A stretch of DNA of 64,000 nucleotides from Alphaproteobacteria bacterium (lineage in GTDB: Bacteria > Pseudomonadota > Alphaproteobacteria > Bin95). Below the pieces are notes generated by a model. That model did no database searches, was not told the DNA's origin, and saw only the letters and a list, made by a program, of their open reading frames with translations. Both the position numbers and the translations under genes were made by a program. The stretch is taken from NCBI GenBank assembly GCA_965205265.1, contig CBDBGH010000003.1, positions 4,640,001-4,704,000 of the forward strand. The letters run 5' to 3'. Below, piece by piece: positions 34,727-45,255 of this stretch (position 1 is its first letter; every line of letters starts with the position of its first letter).

Positions 34727-36473
34727 CTACGCCGCTATATCTGCCGTCGGACGAAGAGGCACGCGGAAGAAGAGGGCGGCGGCAAATGACAGGACCGTCA
34801 TGGCGGCGATGATGGAGAAAACGTCGTTCAGCGCCCCGGCCAGTGCCGAGACCAAGGAATCGTTCAGCATGCCCGCAAGAGCGGCCCCGGCCGGCTCAGC
34901 TCCCGTGGTCTGCGCCATCAAGGACTCCGCAAGGAACCGATCAGCCAACGCTTCGGGGCGGCTCTTGAGAGCATCGAGTTCACTCGGTGAAAACGCCTCC
35001 CTCACGCGGTTGGGGACGGTCTCGTCGAATGCCAAGCGGAAGCGCTGCTCCATCACCGCGCCCAGCACGGCGATACCCAGCATGCCGCCGAGCGACCGGA
35101 AGAATTGCAGGCCCGCGGTCGCTGCGCCCACGAGAGCGAACGGGACCGTATTCTGCACAGCAAGCGAGAGCGTAGCCACGGTCGCGCCGAAGCCGAGCCC
35201 GACGACCGAGACATAGAATGCGCATGCGAGCAGGCTCGTCGTCTCGTTCATGGTGGAAAGCGGATACATGCCAAACACCATGAGGCCGGTGCCGGCCAGC
35301 GCCTGGAGCCGGTAGTGTCCGCCGGCTCTCGAAAGCAACTGTCCCGAGACGATTCCGCCGCCGACCATGCCGAGGAGTATGGGAATCAGGAGATAGCCGC
35401 TGATGGTCGCCGATATCCCCAACACGACCTGGAAGAACAGCGGCAGGAACAGCACGCTTCCGTAAAGCCCCAAACTGGTCAGCAGCGTGACGACGACGGC
35501 CACGCCAACCACCCGATCGGCATAGATTCCCAACGGCATGACGGGCACGGACGCCTTGGTCTCAAGGACCACGAAAAGCCCGCTCATCGCCAGCCCGAAA
35601 GCGAGCAGGCCGAGTGACGACGACGGCCACGCCAACCACCCGATCGGCATAGATTCCCAACGGCATGACGGGCACGGACGCCTTGGTCTCAAGGACCACG
35701 AAAAGCCCGCTCATCGCCAGCCCGAAAGCGAGCAGGCCGATGATCTGCGGCGTGTCCCAGCCGTACCGCACGCCGCCCAGAGAGAGCGCAAGAAGAAGGG
35801 GGACAACGGCGAGGGCCAGCGCCACCATGCCGGGAAGGTCGAGCCGCGGAGTCTTCGCGGCCCGACCGCGGGCGGGATAGTTCTTCGCGATCAAAGCTAG
35901 AATCGGGATGCCGGCCAAGGCGATCAGGATGAACGCCCACTGCCAGGAAAGCCGCTCGGCGACCAATCCGCCCAAGACCGGCCCTGCGACGGAGGCCACG
36001 CCGAAGGCAGCACCGAGCAGGCCGTGATACTTGCCCCGGTCTTCGGGTCGGAACAGGTCGGCGATGGAGACGTAGCAGCAGGTCATGACGACCCCGCCGC
36101 CGATCCCCTGCAGGATCCGGAACGCGACAACCTGGGTCATCGAAGTACTGACGCCGACGAGCCAGGAGCCGGCGATGAACACCGCCATGCCGACGATCAG
36201 GAAGCGCTTGCGTCCGTGGATATCGCTCAGCCTGCCCGCAATGGGAGCGATGACGGTCGCCGCGACGATGTAGGAGGTCACGGCCCACGTGTAGCGCTCG
36301 AATCCGCCGAGATCGACGACCATCAACGGCAGGGTCGTGGCAACCACGGTCTGGCTCAGCGCTGCCAGGAACATGGCCAACATCACGCAGATCATGGCCG
36401 GCATCACCAGGCGCGGAGGGGGCGCCACGAAATCCTGGTCAGCCGACGCTCCGCAAGCGGAGTCAGCCATCAT
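34727..36473 (-). pseudogene. DHA2 (14-TMS) MFS efflux transporter, frameshifted by a 127-bp tandem duplication
   Basis: MFLAALSQTVVAT, GRLSDIHGRKR, RILQGIGGG, AGLQFFRSLGG; split over two frames. Confidence 0.85.
35487..35740. repeat. Perfect 127-bp direct tandem duplication
   Basis: 35487-35613 equals 35614-35740 (GTGACGACGACGGCC...GAGCAGGCCGA). Confidence 0.92.
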
Positions 36474-36509
36474 CAGCCCCGCCGGCGCGGCCGGTGATAG
36501 AGTGGCCGC

Positions 36510-37727
36510 TCAAGGAGCCTTCTTCCGGCCCGGTCGACGTACCAGACCGTAGGCGCTGTAGCCCCAGCGGGACAGGGTCGAGAAGGCATATCCAGGTGTC
36601 AGGAACCGTTCGCGGACTGGCAGGAATTCGTTGGCATCGAGATCCTCGATCGCCGACAGCACGCGGTCCAACAGAGCGGTCGCCAGGTCGCAGCGTCGAC
36701 GGTCGGTCACATCGAAACCGCCGCATCCCAGAATGCAGGCCACAAAGGCACCGAGGATGTTTTGTCGGTAGCTGCGCCAGCAATCCTCGAATGTCCAGTT
36801 CCTGGCCCCCATGCGGCAGACGATGTCGTGGTATTCCTCCAAGGCTTCCCGCTCGATCCGGCGGCGGGTGTCGACAGGAACGCTTGTCGCCAGGAAATAT
36901 GCCACGTCGTAGAGGCCGCAGCCCGATCCGCAGCCCTGCCAGTCGATCGCGGCAAAGCCGTCCTTGGCCCCCGATGCCGAAGAACAGACGAAGAACATGT
37001 TCTCCGCCCGGTAGTCGCCATGGACCAGCGTCATCGGGGTGGTCGCGATGTTGGCGAAGTGGGCGGCGACCCGCGGCCCTAGCGCTTCGGCAAACCTGCG
37101 CAACTCGGGCGAGAACCGGCTGCTGAAGTGTTCGAGTACGGAGGGTAGGCATATCAGATAGACCGTCTGAAGGATTCGCGCGCATCGGGTGTTGAGGGTG
37201 TCGTAGAGGCTTGATAAGGGTGGCCGGTCGGCTGCGTTCCAATACTGCCCGTGCATCCGGGCAGCCTCCTGCAGGGCAAGGCGCGCCCGCGCGTCTTCGA
37301 CGCCGACCGACTGGGGGATGGTCTCCATCGGGTGCATATCTTCGAGCACCAGAACGAAGCGGTGGTCGCGTGCCTCGAACGCGCCATAGTATAGGGAAGG
37401 CGACCGCATCGGCGCATTCGCTGCCGCGCACCGGTAGTAATCGTACTCCCGCTTGTGCAGCGACAGCCATCTGGCGAACCGCAACGCCTTTCCGTCGGTT
37501 CCCGGCAGTTTGACAATGACTGTCCCGGGTATCGGGGACGAGTCGTCGCGGGCGATCAGGCGGCAGCGCAAAACGGTACCGAACACATTGGTTGCCGTCC
37601 CCAGATTGTCAACTTCGACCGAATCGACCCGCGGTGCGCCAAATAACCCGCTGGCGGTCAGCGCCTCCTGCATCCATGCGACGGTGATGTCTTGCGGGCT
37701 GTCGCAAAGCAGCGATCGAACCGTCAC
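36510..37727 (-). CDS. APH/EcKinase-like small-molecule phosphotransferase
   Basis: VIVKLP, FVLVLEDM, TLVHGDYRAENMF, IDWQ, DVAYFL; GTG start overlaps the in-frame P450 stop (GTGA) after GGAGG. Confidence 0.85.
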   Translation of the reverse strand: MTVRSLLCDSPQDITVAWMQEALTASGLFGAPRVDSVEVDNLGTATNVFGTVLRCRLIARDDSSPIPGTVIVKLPGTDGKALRFARWLSLHKREYDYYRCAAANAPMRSPSLYYGAFEARDHRFVLVLEDMHPMETIPQSVGVEDARARLALQEAARMHGQYWNAADRPPLSSLYDTLNTRCARILQTVYLICLPSVLEHFSSRFSPELRRFAEALGPRVAAHFANIATTPMTLVHGDYRAENMFFVCSSASGAKDGFAAIDWQGCGSGCGLYDVAYFLATSVPVDTRRRIEREALEEYHDIVCRMGARNWTFEDCWRSYRQNILGAFVACILGCGGFDVTDRRRCDLATALLDRVLSAIEDLDANEFLPVRERFLTPGYAFSTLSRWGYSAYGLVRRPGRKKAP

Positions 37728-39791
37728 GCCCCACGCCTCCGCTCGCCGGTCACCCGAAATCGGAACGAGGCGTCGGGATGGGACGCCGGCATGTGCCTGA
37801 TCCGGAGGGGGCGGTCGGGCCGCTCTAACGCGATATCGACCTCGCGGACGATGGTTGCCAGGGTGAACATGACCTGCACCTCGGCGAAGCCGCTTCCGAG
37901 GCAGCGGTGTCTGCCCAGGCCGAACGGAACGAACGCCGGGGGGGGGGGGCTGTCGGAAACGTTCGATGTCGAAACGCTCCGGTTCCGGAAAGCACTCCGG
38001 CAGGCGGTGGCCGACCGACGTGCCGATGAGGATCTGCGCACCGGCTGGAATCCGAAAGCCGCGGAAATCGAATGCGTTGGACACGATACGCATGACCACC
38101 GGAACCACCGGATACATGCGCAGCGTCTCAAGCACGACGCGGTGCGTGACGTCAAGTACGCGCAGGTCCTCCACAGCAGGCGTTCCCCGGTCGAACACGG
38201 CATCGACCTCCGCTCTCACCTGCGCGAGCAGGTCCGGATGCTTCAGCAGGGCGTAGAGCATATACGAGCAGGTACTCGAGGCAGTGTCGAGACCGACGAA
38301 GTAGGGTCCGAGAAAGGCCATCATGTAGTCGGTCTCGGAAAGGAATTGCGGATCCTGCCGGTTCATCTCCAGCAATTCGTCGATAAAATCCGGGGGCTTG
38401 CCGTCGCGGATCTCCGGTCGGTGCACGTCGAGGATCTTGGCGTACAACTTGTCCACGCCCCGGCGGGCACGCCGGAAGCGGGGCCGGAGCGCCGCCAGCT
38501 TCGGCCATCGGCGCAGGATGTGAACATTGAGCAGCGTCTCGAGAAAGACAACCAGATCGTCCACATGCTCCCGCGAAGAGATGCCGGTCAGCGAGAGGCC
38601 TGTCTGTTCGGCGACGATCCGTTGCATGGCCTGCTGGGTCGCTACCGGTCGGTCGCGCGGCCATGCGGCGATGCTGCGGCGGGTGACGTCGAGGAAGTCG
38701 CCCAGCCTGGCCTCGATGACCTTGGGAGAATAGGCCTTGGCCAGCAACTTGCGCATACGAAGATGCTCGCTGCCGTCCATGCCCACCACCAGATGTCTGG
38801 TTCCGGTGGCGAAGCTGAAGTCGCGCCAGAGCTCGTGGGTGCGAAGGTGGGTACTCCCGATCTTCGTCAGAAACTTGATCGCGTCAGGACCGGCAAAGGC
38901 GATGAAGCGCCGGTTGAACGCCCGAACGCGAAAGATCGGGCCGTGCTTGCGATACTCTCTGGCGAGAAACGCAGTGAGGTCGCCGGCCATGTCGAAGGCG
39001 TTGCCGGCAAGCGGCCATCCCGCCGCCGCCGGAATCTCTTCATGGGAACGGGCAGCCACCTCCGTTGTCGCCTTGGGGTCGATCCGTCTGGCGGCCGCCG
39101 CGACCTCCCGACCAACCAGATCCAGCCCCGCGATCCAGTCGATCCGGTCGCGCACGCCAGCCAGTTCCTCGCGGGAAAGAATGCTCTCGAAGACACCGCA
39201 GGCCGCGGCCAGGCTAACGATGAGGAGATCGCGTGGGTCGGGAACATCCTCGCTGAAGATCAGCCGCATGATCCGGAACTGGACGTCCTCGGAGGTCGTC
39301 TTGTCCGCGACCGGATAGCGGCGCGTGCGTGCTACCGGGCGCGAGAGAAAGACGAGGCCGTTGGCCTCGGCTTCCAGAATCCCGCGCGCTACCAGCCGGT
39401 CTCTCGCCCGACTGTTGATCCTGTCGCCGCGCCCGGCGACCCGCTCGAGCCAGAAGGCGCTGTCGCGAACCTCCACGTGTGCCGCGATGTCAGACAGGAT
39501 CGGGTCAAGCAGATCATCGCCCGTCGGCGCAGGGTCGACCACGAACAGGTGATCGGGATCGGTGTCGATGCGGTTCTCCAGCGCCAAGTCCATCAGCACG
39601 GCCCCGGCCATCACGAGGTCCCGGCCGCGCGCCGGAAGCGAGAATTGAAGATCACCCTTCTCGGTATCTAGGACGAGAAGGAATATCTCTTCCGTTATCG
39701 TCAGCGCGTCCGTCCGTCCCGCTTGACGTTCACAACCAGCCGGCTGGGACGTGTCGCTGGAACGGCACGCATCGTTACTCGCGTCACTCAT
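37724..39791 (-). pseudogene. GPP34(GOLPH3/Vps74)-cytochrome P450 fusion, frameshifted at a G12/C12 tract
   Basis: N-terminal LTITEEIFLL...AGAVLMDLALENRI; P450 motifs VGLDTAS, ETLRMYP, PERFDIERF; the heme motif FGLGRHRCLG is in another frame after 37938-37949. Confidence 0.85.
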
Positions 39792-39906
39792 CTTCGTTGC
39801 GACTCTTTCTGGGAGCTACCGTCGGGCTAGGCAGAATCATATGGATGCGGCCTTCAACCAGATGTCGTCGTTCGAAAAACACAGCTCACATCCCTCAGAT
39901 CGACAA

Positions 39907-39934
39907 TTGACAGTAGAACACACGGAAGTATATT
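39907..39934 (+). promoter_or_regulatory. Putative sigma70 promoter of the outer-membrane protein gene
   Basis: TTGACA-N16-TATATT, then TAAGGA RBS before ATG 39955. Confidence 0.5.
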
Positions 39935-39954
39935 GATACATCTAAGGAATAGAT

Positions 39955-40776
39955 ATGACCAGCATACCATTTTCCGGAGCCACTGCAATTCTTGTTGCCG
40001 CGGCCCTAGCGCCGCTCGCCGCACCGGCCAGCGCGCTGGCGGCCGATTCGCCGTGGTATCTGGGCTTCCAGGTGCCAGTCATGTTCATTGACGATACCAA
40101 ATCCAAAGTGACCGGCAGCAATATGCTCGCCGTACCACCAAGTCCAACTCCGGTTGCGGTCCCCTACAGCGGAACGGCCACCTCCGAATACGATGCGGGG
40201 TTCAAGATCGCCGGCATGGTGGGCCACAGGCTCGGCGGCGGCCTGCGCGTCGAGGGCGAAGTGTTCTTCTCGCGCGCTAGGGTGGACAAGCAGACCTATG
40301 GCAATATCGTCTCGGCGGGGATGTCAATTCCCATAGAGGTGGCTACCCCGGTCTCGGGCAACGCCGAACAGATTGGCGCGTTTGCGAATGTCTGGTTCGA
40401 CATCCCGACGGGCTCCGACTGGGTGCCCTATATCGGCGGCGGTGCCGGCTTCATCCGCACAGACCTAGGCAGCTTGGAATATGACGACAACAAGCTGACG
40501 CAGGACCTCTTGGACCTTAACTTAGGATCCAACGCGCCGCAATTGCCTCCCGGCTTCGTCCCGTCGATTTCGTCGAGCGATACGCAGTTCGCTTGGCACT
40601 TGGGCGCCGGGGTGGGCTACCGGCTCGACGACAGCACCACGCTCCAGTTCGGCTACCGCCTGCAGACCACGCGGAACTTCGAGTTCGACGGCAGGAATGC
40701 CCTCGGCAACAGCATCGAGGTGAGGACTGAATTTCGGGCGCATCTGTTCGAGGTCGGAGTGCGGACGACCTTCTGA
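39955..40776 (+). CDS. Outer-membrane beta-barrel protein (OmpA/opacity-like)
   Basis: Signal peptide, LRVEGE, WVPYIGGGAG, FAWHLGAGVGY, C-terminal F. Confidence 0.85.
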   Translation: MTSIPFSGATAILVAAALAPLAAPASALAADSPWYLGFQVPVMFIDDTKSKVTGSNMLAVPPSPTPVAVPYSGTATSEYDAGFKIAGMVGHRLGGGLRVEGEVFFSRARVDKQTYGNIVSAGMSIPIEVATPVSGNAEQIGAFANVWFDIPTGSDWVPYIGGGAGFIRTDLGSLEYDDNKLTQDLLDLNLGSNAPQLPPGFVPSISSSDTQFAWHLGAGVGYRLDDSTTLQFGYRLQTTRNFEFDGRNALGNSIEVRTEFRAHLFEVGVRTTF

Positions 40777-40916
40777 CGAATCCGCCCAGTCACCAGCGCC
40801 ATTCCGGCCACCAGCACCGCCATCGCCGCCGTGCAGAGGCCGGCCAGCACCAGCGGTATCAGCCATCTGTCATGATCAACCATGACCGCCATCCCCGTGC
40901 CCGGGGACGCCCGGCC

Positions 40917-41600
40917 TCACGGCGATATCCTGCGTTCGGCAGCCCACGCCTCCAGATGGTCGCCCCGGTAGCGCACGCAGCCCCCGAAGCGGTGGAACCA
41001 CGGCCCCTCCCCGGTGATGCGCCAGCGCGCCAGCGTCGCCAGGGAAAGCCCGAGCCGGGCCGCCGCCTCGCGGGTGTCCACATACCCCCGCTCCCCGCCA
41101 CGGGCCGGCCGGGCGGTTCCTCCGCGGGCAACGCCGGCCGCGGCCACGGGGCGCCGGTCAGCAGCGCCGGCATCGCGCCGGCGCGGGCACGGACCTCATG
41201 CCGTTCGGCCGGGCTCGCAAGCGACCGCATCGCCGCGCGCACCGCCTCCACCGTCGCCAGCGTCGGCGACACGCCGCCCAGCAGATGCGCGACGAAGGAG
41301 GGGTTGCCCGTCGCCTCCTGTCCGAACAGCGAGCGCTTGATCCCCGTCACCGCGAGAAACGCCTCGACCTCCCGGCGGAAGGCGGGGCCGGCCGGCGGCG
41401 CGCCCATGACGGCGAGCGCCCGGTCCACTGTCCCGAGGCGCAGGTTCCGGCCGTTGCGCACCGAGGCGACGAAGCCGCGGTCGCCCACCGCGGCCGCGCC
41501 GAACGCCCCGGCGCTCATCCCGCTCCGGGCGCACCAGGCCTCGACCGCCCGCAGGAACCGGGCCGCCAGGGATCGGGCGGGACTGTCTCCGATGCCTTCA
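40917..41600 (-). pseudogene. Phage/ICE-type DNA-binding gene(s): two repressor-like HTH repeats plus an excisionase-like HTH, frame-broken
   Basis: VEAWCARSGMSAGAFGAAAVGDRGFV and VEAFLAVTGIKRSLFGQEATGNPSFV; YVDTREAAARLGLSLATLARWR...GP...VRY in a second frame. Confidence 0.55.
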
Positions 41601-41971
41601 TGCCAGGACAGATAGGAAACGCGGACCGGCGGGGAAACCGCCTTCGATATGGCAAATCCCGCGCTTCATGCCCCTGGCGGCGCATGCCGCGCATGCCCGG
41701 CGCTGCAGGATGACAAGAATCTCTCGGGGTTATCCGTCGTGCGACCGGGCCACGCCATTTGCGGGGCTTCAATGAGGCTGCCACACATCCGCAACCGCTC
41801 CAGGCCCTCGGAAACACCGATGCCCCGGGGAGCTTTCAGTGTCGGGGCGGAGGGCCGGTCCGGCGCAGGCAATCCCATGGGAAGCGGGGGAACTTCACAT
41901 TGCGGCAATCATTGGCGGCGACCGGCGCCATTCGGCGGCGCCCGTCGGGGGTCGGACGGCGCGAACTCCGC

Positions 41972-43537
41972 TCATGCGGGTTCGGCGCGGATGTCGAGAA
42001 GGTTGCGCGCGTCGCGCCCGCAGGCCACGCCGACCAGGTGGACCGGGCCGTCGTGATCGGCGTATTTCTCCGCATAGCCCCGTTCGCGCATCTGCGCCAG
42101 CGCCGCATCCAGCGCGGCCGCGCCGCCGTCCTCGGTCTCCGCCATCTTGAACTCGATCACGAAGACCTGCCCGCCGAGCCGCAGCACCATGTCCGCCCGG
42201 CCGCGGGAGGAGGCCTCCTCCACCCGCAGGTCGGCGCCGACCGCACGCAGGCACATGTAGAGCAGGCTCGCATACCACGCCTCGTAGCGCGCGAGGTCCC
42301 CCGTCGCGTGCCACTGGTAGGGGATGCCCGACAGCCACGCACGCAGCGTCGCGCCGAAGCCCGCGAAGTCGTGCGCTTCCAGAAGCGCACAGAACTCCCG
42401 CCCCTGCTCCAGGGGCTCGGCGCCCTTCTTGCCCAGCCAGGCCAGCAGCCCGTCGTTCAGGCTGAGCCGGACCTCGAGGTTGGGATAGTCCAGCCGGTAG
42501 AGGATCCGGTGCCCCCGCCGCTCCTCGCCCGCGATGGTGAGGTAGCCGGTCTGGAAGAGCAGGGCCTCGATGCCGATGTCCCCGACATCGAACTTCGAGA
42601 CCAGCGCCGTGTCCGCCAGCCGCCCCTCCAGCTCCATCGGGCTCACCGACTGCTCCATCAGCATCCGGAACAGGAAGTCCGGAGACCCGGTCTCGAACCA
42701 CCAGGGGCGGAACTCGCGGCTGTCCAGCAGCAGCAGAACGTCGTAGGGGTTGTAGACCGGCTCCCCGCCGCGCCAGCGGTAGCCGTCGTACCAGGCGCGG
42801 ATCTCCTCCCGATCCAGCCCGTCGAGTTCCGGGCCGAACACTTGGTCAAGGTCCTCGTCCCGGTAGCCGCAGATCGCGGCGTAGCGCGGGTCGAGGCTGA
42901 TGTCCTTGAGGTTGTTGAGGCCCGAGAACAAGCTGACCTTGGAGAACATGCTCACCCCGGTGACGAAGACGAAGCGGACATGTTCGGCACTGTCCTTGAC
43001 GATGCCGTAGAAGCCCCGCAGCCAGTCCCGGTTGGCCCGCGCAAGCTCCGGGTCGTGAAGCACGTCCAGGATCGGCTTGTCGTACTCGTCCACCAGCACC
43101 GCCACCGGACGGCCGGCGGCGCCGTGAAGACGGCGGAGAAGGTTCCGGAGACGCCGCGGGCCGGTATCCGAGGTCCGGGCCGGCGCAAGATCGTGCTCGC
43201 TCTCGATGCCCTCCAGCTGCTCGATGATGTCTCCTTCGATCTCGCCCGGTTCGTTGTACTTTCCGCCGAAGCTCAGCCGCACCACCGGGTGCGGCGCGGA
43301 CCAGTCCCAGTGCGGATGGATGTTCAGCCCCCGGAACAGCGGCTCGTGGCAGGCGAACAGCGACCGCAGCGTGTCGAGCAGAAGGCTCTTGCCGAAGCGG
43401 CGCGGACGCGACAGGAAGTAGTGGCGCCCCTCGTCCACCAGCCGCCGGATCAGCGGCGTCTTGTCGACATAGTAGAAGCCCTCGCTCCGGATCGTCCGGA
43501 AGTCCTGGATCCCGATCGGAAGACGCTGCCGGGTCAT
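41972..43537 (-). CDS. AAA-ATPase-like plus PD-(D/E)xK nuclease protein
   Basis: LPIGIQDF, YYVDKT, SRPRRFGKS, LVDEYDKP, GRADM...IEFK. Confidence 0.92.
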   Translation of the reverse strand: MTRQRLPIGIQDFRTIRSEGFYYVDKTPLIRRLVDEGRHYFLSRPRRFGKSLLLDTLRSLFACHEPLFRGLNIHPHWDWSAPHPVVRLSFGGKYNEPGEIEGDIIEQLEGIESEHDLAPARTSDTGPRRLRNLLRRLHGAAGRPVAVLVDEYDKPILDVLHDPELARANRDWLRGFYGIVKDSAEHVRFVFVTGVSMFSKVSLFSGLNNLKDISLDPRYAAICGYRDEDLDQVFGPELDGLDREEIRAWYDGYRWRGGEPVYNPYDVLLLLDSREFRPWWFETGSPDFLFRMLMEQSVSPMELEGRLADTALVSKFDVGDIGIEALLFQTGYLTIAGEERRGHRILYRLDYPNLEVRLSLNDGLLAWLGKKGAEPLEQGREFCALLEAHDFAGFGATLRAWLSGIPYQWHATGDLARYEAWYASLLYMCLRAVGADLRVEEASSRGRADMVLRLGGQVFVIEFKMAETEDGGAAALDAALAQMRERGYAEKYADHDGPVHLVGVACGRDARNLLDIRAEPA

Positions 43538-44133
43538 TGCCCTCTCCCTGCGCAGCGCCGGGCCATGTGGCGCGCGCGGGAGTTTTTCCTGCCGCCGTCC
43601 CGGCACCCTGCATTCCCGGCGACGCTACTCCTTCGCAGGACCCCGGGCAAGCGCCGTTGCCGCGCGGATTCGCATGGCGTGGAGGCGTGGCAACGAATTC
43701 CTGTTTGCAACGGGCCGCTGTTTTTCCTAAACACAAGGAGGTTGAAAGGCTCGCTGCCGCTGTTCTGCGGTCGCCATCAAGTCCGGCAAGGAAGGTCGAG
43801 GTCATGACGGCCACCGTGCTGACACGGATTTCGTATTCTGTGCAATCGCGGGGGTACGGGGGGCTGAGTTCGGTGGTCTGTTCGCCGTTCGCCGCCATCA
43901 CTTCCTGAACGAACGAATACGGAAATCGCGCTCGAATGCCCGTCAGGTTTGAACCAAAGAGACCAGACGGGTCGTTGCCGATCCCTTCTGCTCGGCCCTT
44001 CCCGCTCATACTCATGCGGATTCGACGCGGTTGTCGAGAAGGGTCCGCGCCTCGCGCGCCCTGGCCAGCTGCGGGCATCGCTCCGGCTCACGCCCAGCGC
44101 ATCTTGTGCCTTGCTGGCGCCGACTTTACGTAA

Positions 44134-44318
44134 GAGCCTGACCCGAAAAGAGTTGAGCGGTTTCAATGGTTTGTGATTCTGTTCGGTTACGAAGCAGAAC
44201 GGAGCCACGCATGCCCTGGACCGAAACCGCTCGCCGGGAGTATCGGCGGGACTGCCCGCGCTATGCAAGCGATATGACCGACGGTGAATGGGCGCCGATC
44301 GAGCCCTTCATGCCGTCG
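44134..44318 (+). mobile_element. Truncated IS5-family (IS1031-like) left end and transposase start
   Basis: TAA|GAGCCTGACCCGAA end; ATG 44211 gives MPWTETARREYRR...YASDMTDGEW. Confidence 0.75.
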
Positions 44319-45095
44319 CCCTGCCGAGAGAGTTCTGCCGGCGCATCGGCTGGCTCAAGCCCGACGGCGACCTCAAGGACATGATGGCCAAGGTGACCAT
44401 GCTCGTCATGCACCGCGACGGCGTGATCGAACTGCCGCCGCCAAGGGGCAAGCAGGGCCGACCCAGGCCCATCGTCTTCGGACCCGATACCGAGCCGCCG
44501 CTGTTCCCTGCCCCGAAGACCCTCGACGAGGTGCGCCCGCTCGACATGCGCATCGTCGTGCGCAACACCCGCGAAGGAAAACTCTGGAACGAGTTCGTCG
44601 CCCGCGACCACGATCTCGGCTACAAGCCCCTGGTCGGCGCCCAGATGCGCTACGCCGTCCATGACCGAAACGGCTCGCCGCTCGCCATGCTCGGCTTCTC
44701 CACCGCCGCATGGAAACTCGCCCCGCGCGACAACTTCATCGGATGGACGCCCGAGACGCGCGAGAAGAACCTGCCGATGGTGGTCGACAACCCGCGCTTC
44801 CTGATATTGCCATGGATCGCGGTCCCCAACCTCGGCTCGCACATCCTCGCCATCGTGCGACGACGCCTGCCCATCCGACTGGACCGAGCGCTACAACATC
44901 ACCCCCGTGCTCATCGAGACCTTCGTCGAAACCCCGCGCAACACCGGCGCCGTCTACAACGCGTCGGGCTGGACCCGCGTCGGCGCCACACAGGGAAGAG
45001 GACGCTACGACCGCAACAAGCTCTGCGACAAACCCAGAAAAGACATCTGGCTCCGGCCCCTCCGGCGCAATTGGCAGCGAACCCTCAATCGCTGA
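44319..45095 (+). pseudogene. DUF4338 (DruA-related) protein, 5'-truncated and frameshifted near 44873
   Basis: WNEFVARDHDLGYKPLVGAQMRY, AAWKLAPRDNFIGW, RFLILPW...NLGSH; continues in another frame as DWTERY...LIETFVE...GWTRVGATQGRGR. Confidence 0.8.
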
Positions 45096-45255
45096 TCAGT
45101 GTCGCGTTCCACGGCTCGCCCGAAGGCTTACGGCCAGCCGGGCGAAGCAAGAAGACTGTAGCCTTTCTCCGTGATCTGGCGAACGATGTCCTTCGCCTTG
45201 CAGCGACAGCCCCCAGACGGTAAGCATCCGGTGTGGACCGCAGACGATGAATTGC

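Noticed and set aside
36510-39791. 1093-aa P450-kinase as a natural single protein
   Set aside because: The heme Cys motif is in another frame and the kinase has its own RBS and GTGA-coupled start; the fusion results from the G12 frameshift.
43600-44080. Possible small minus-strand gene (MAANGEQTTEL...)
   Set aside because: No recognisable motif or clear stop boundary; not supportable.
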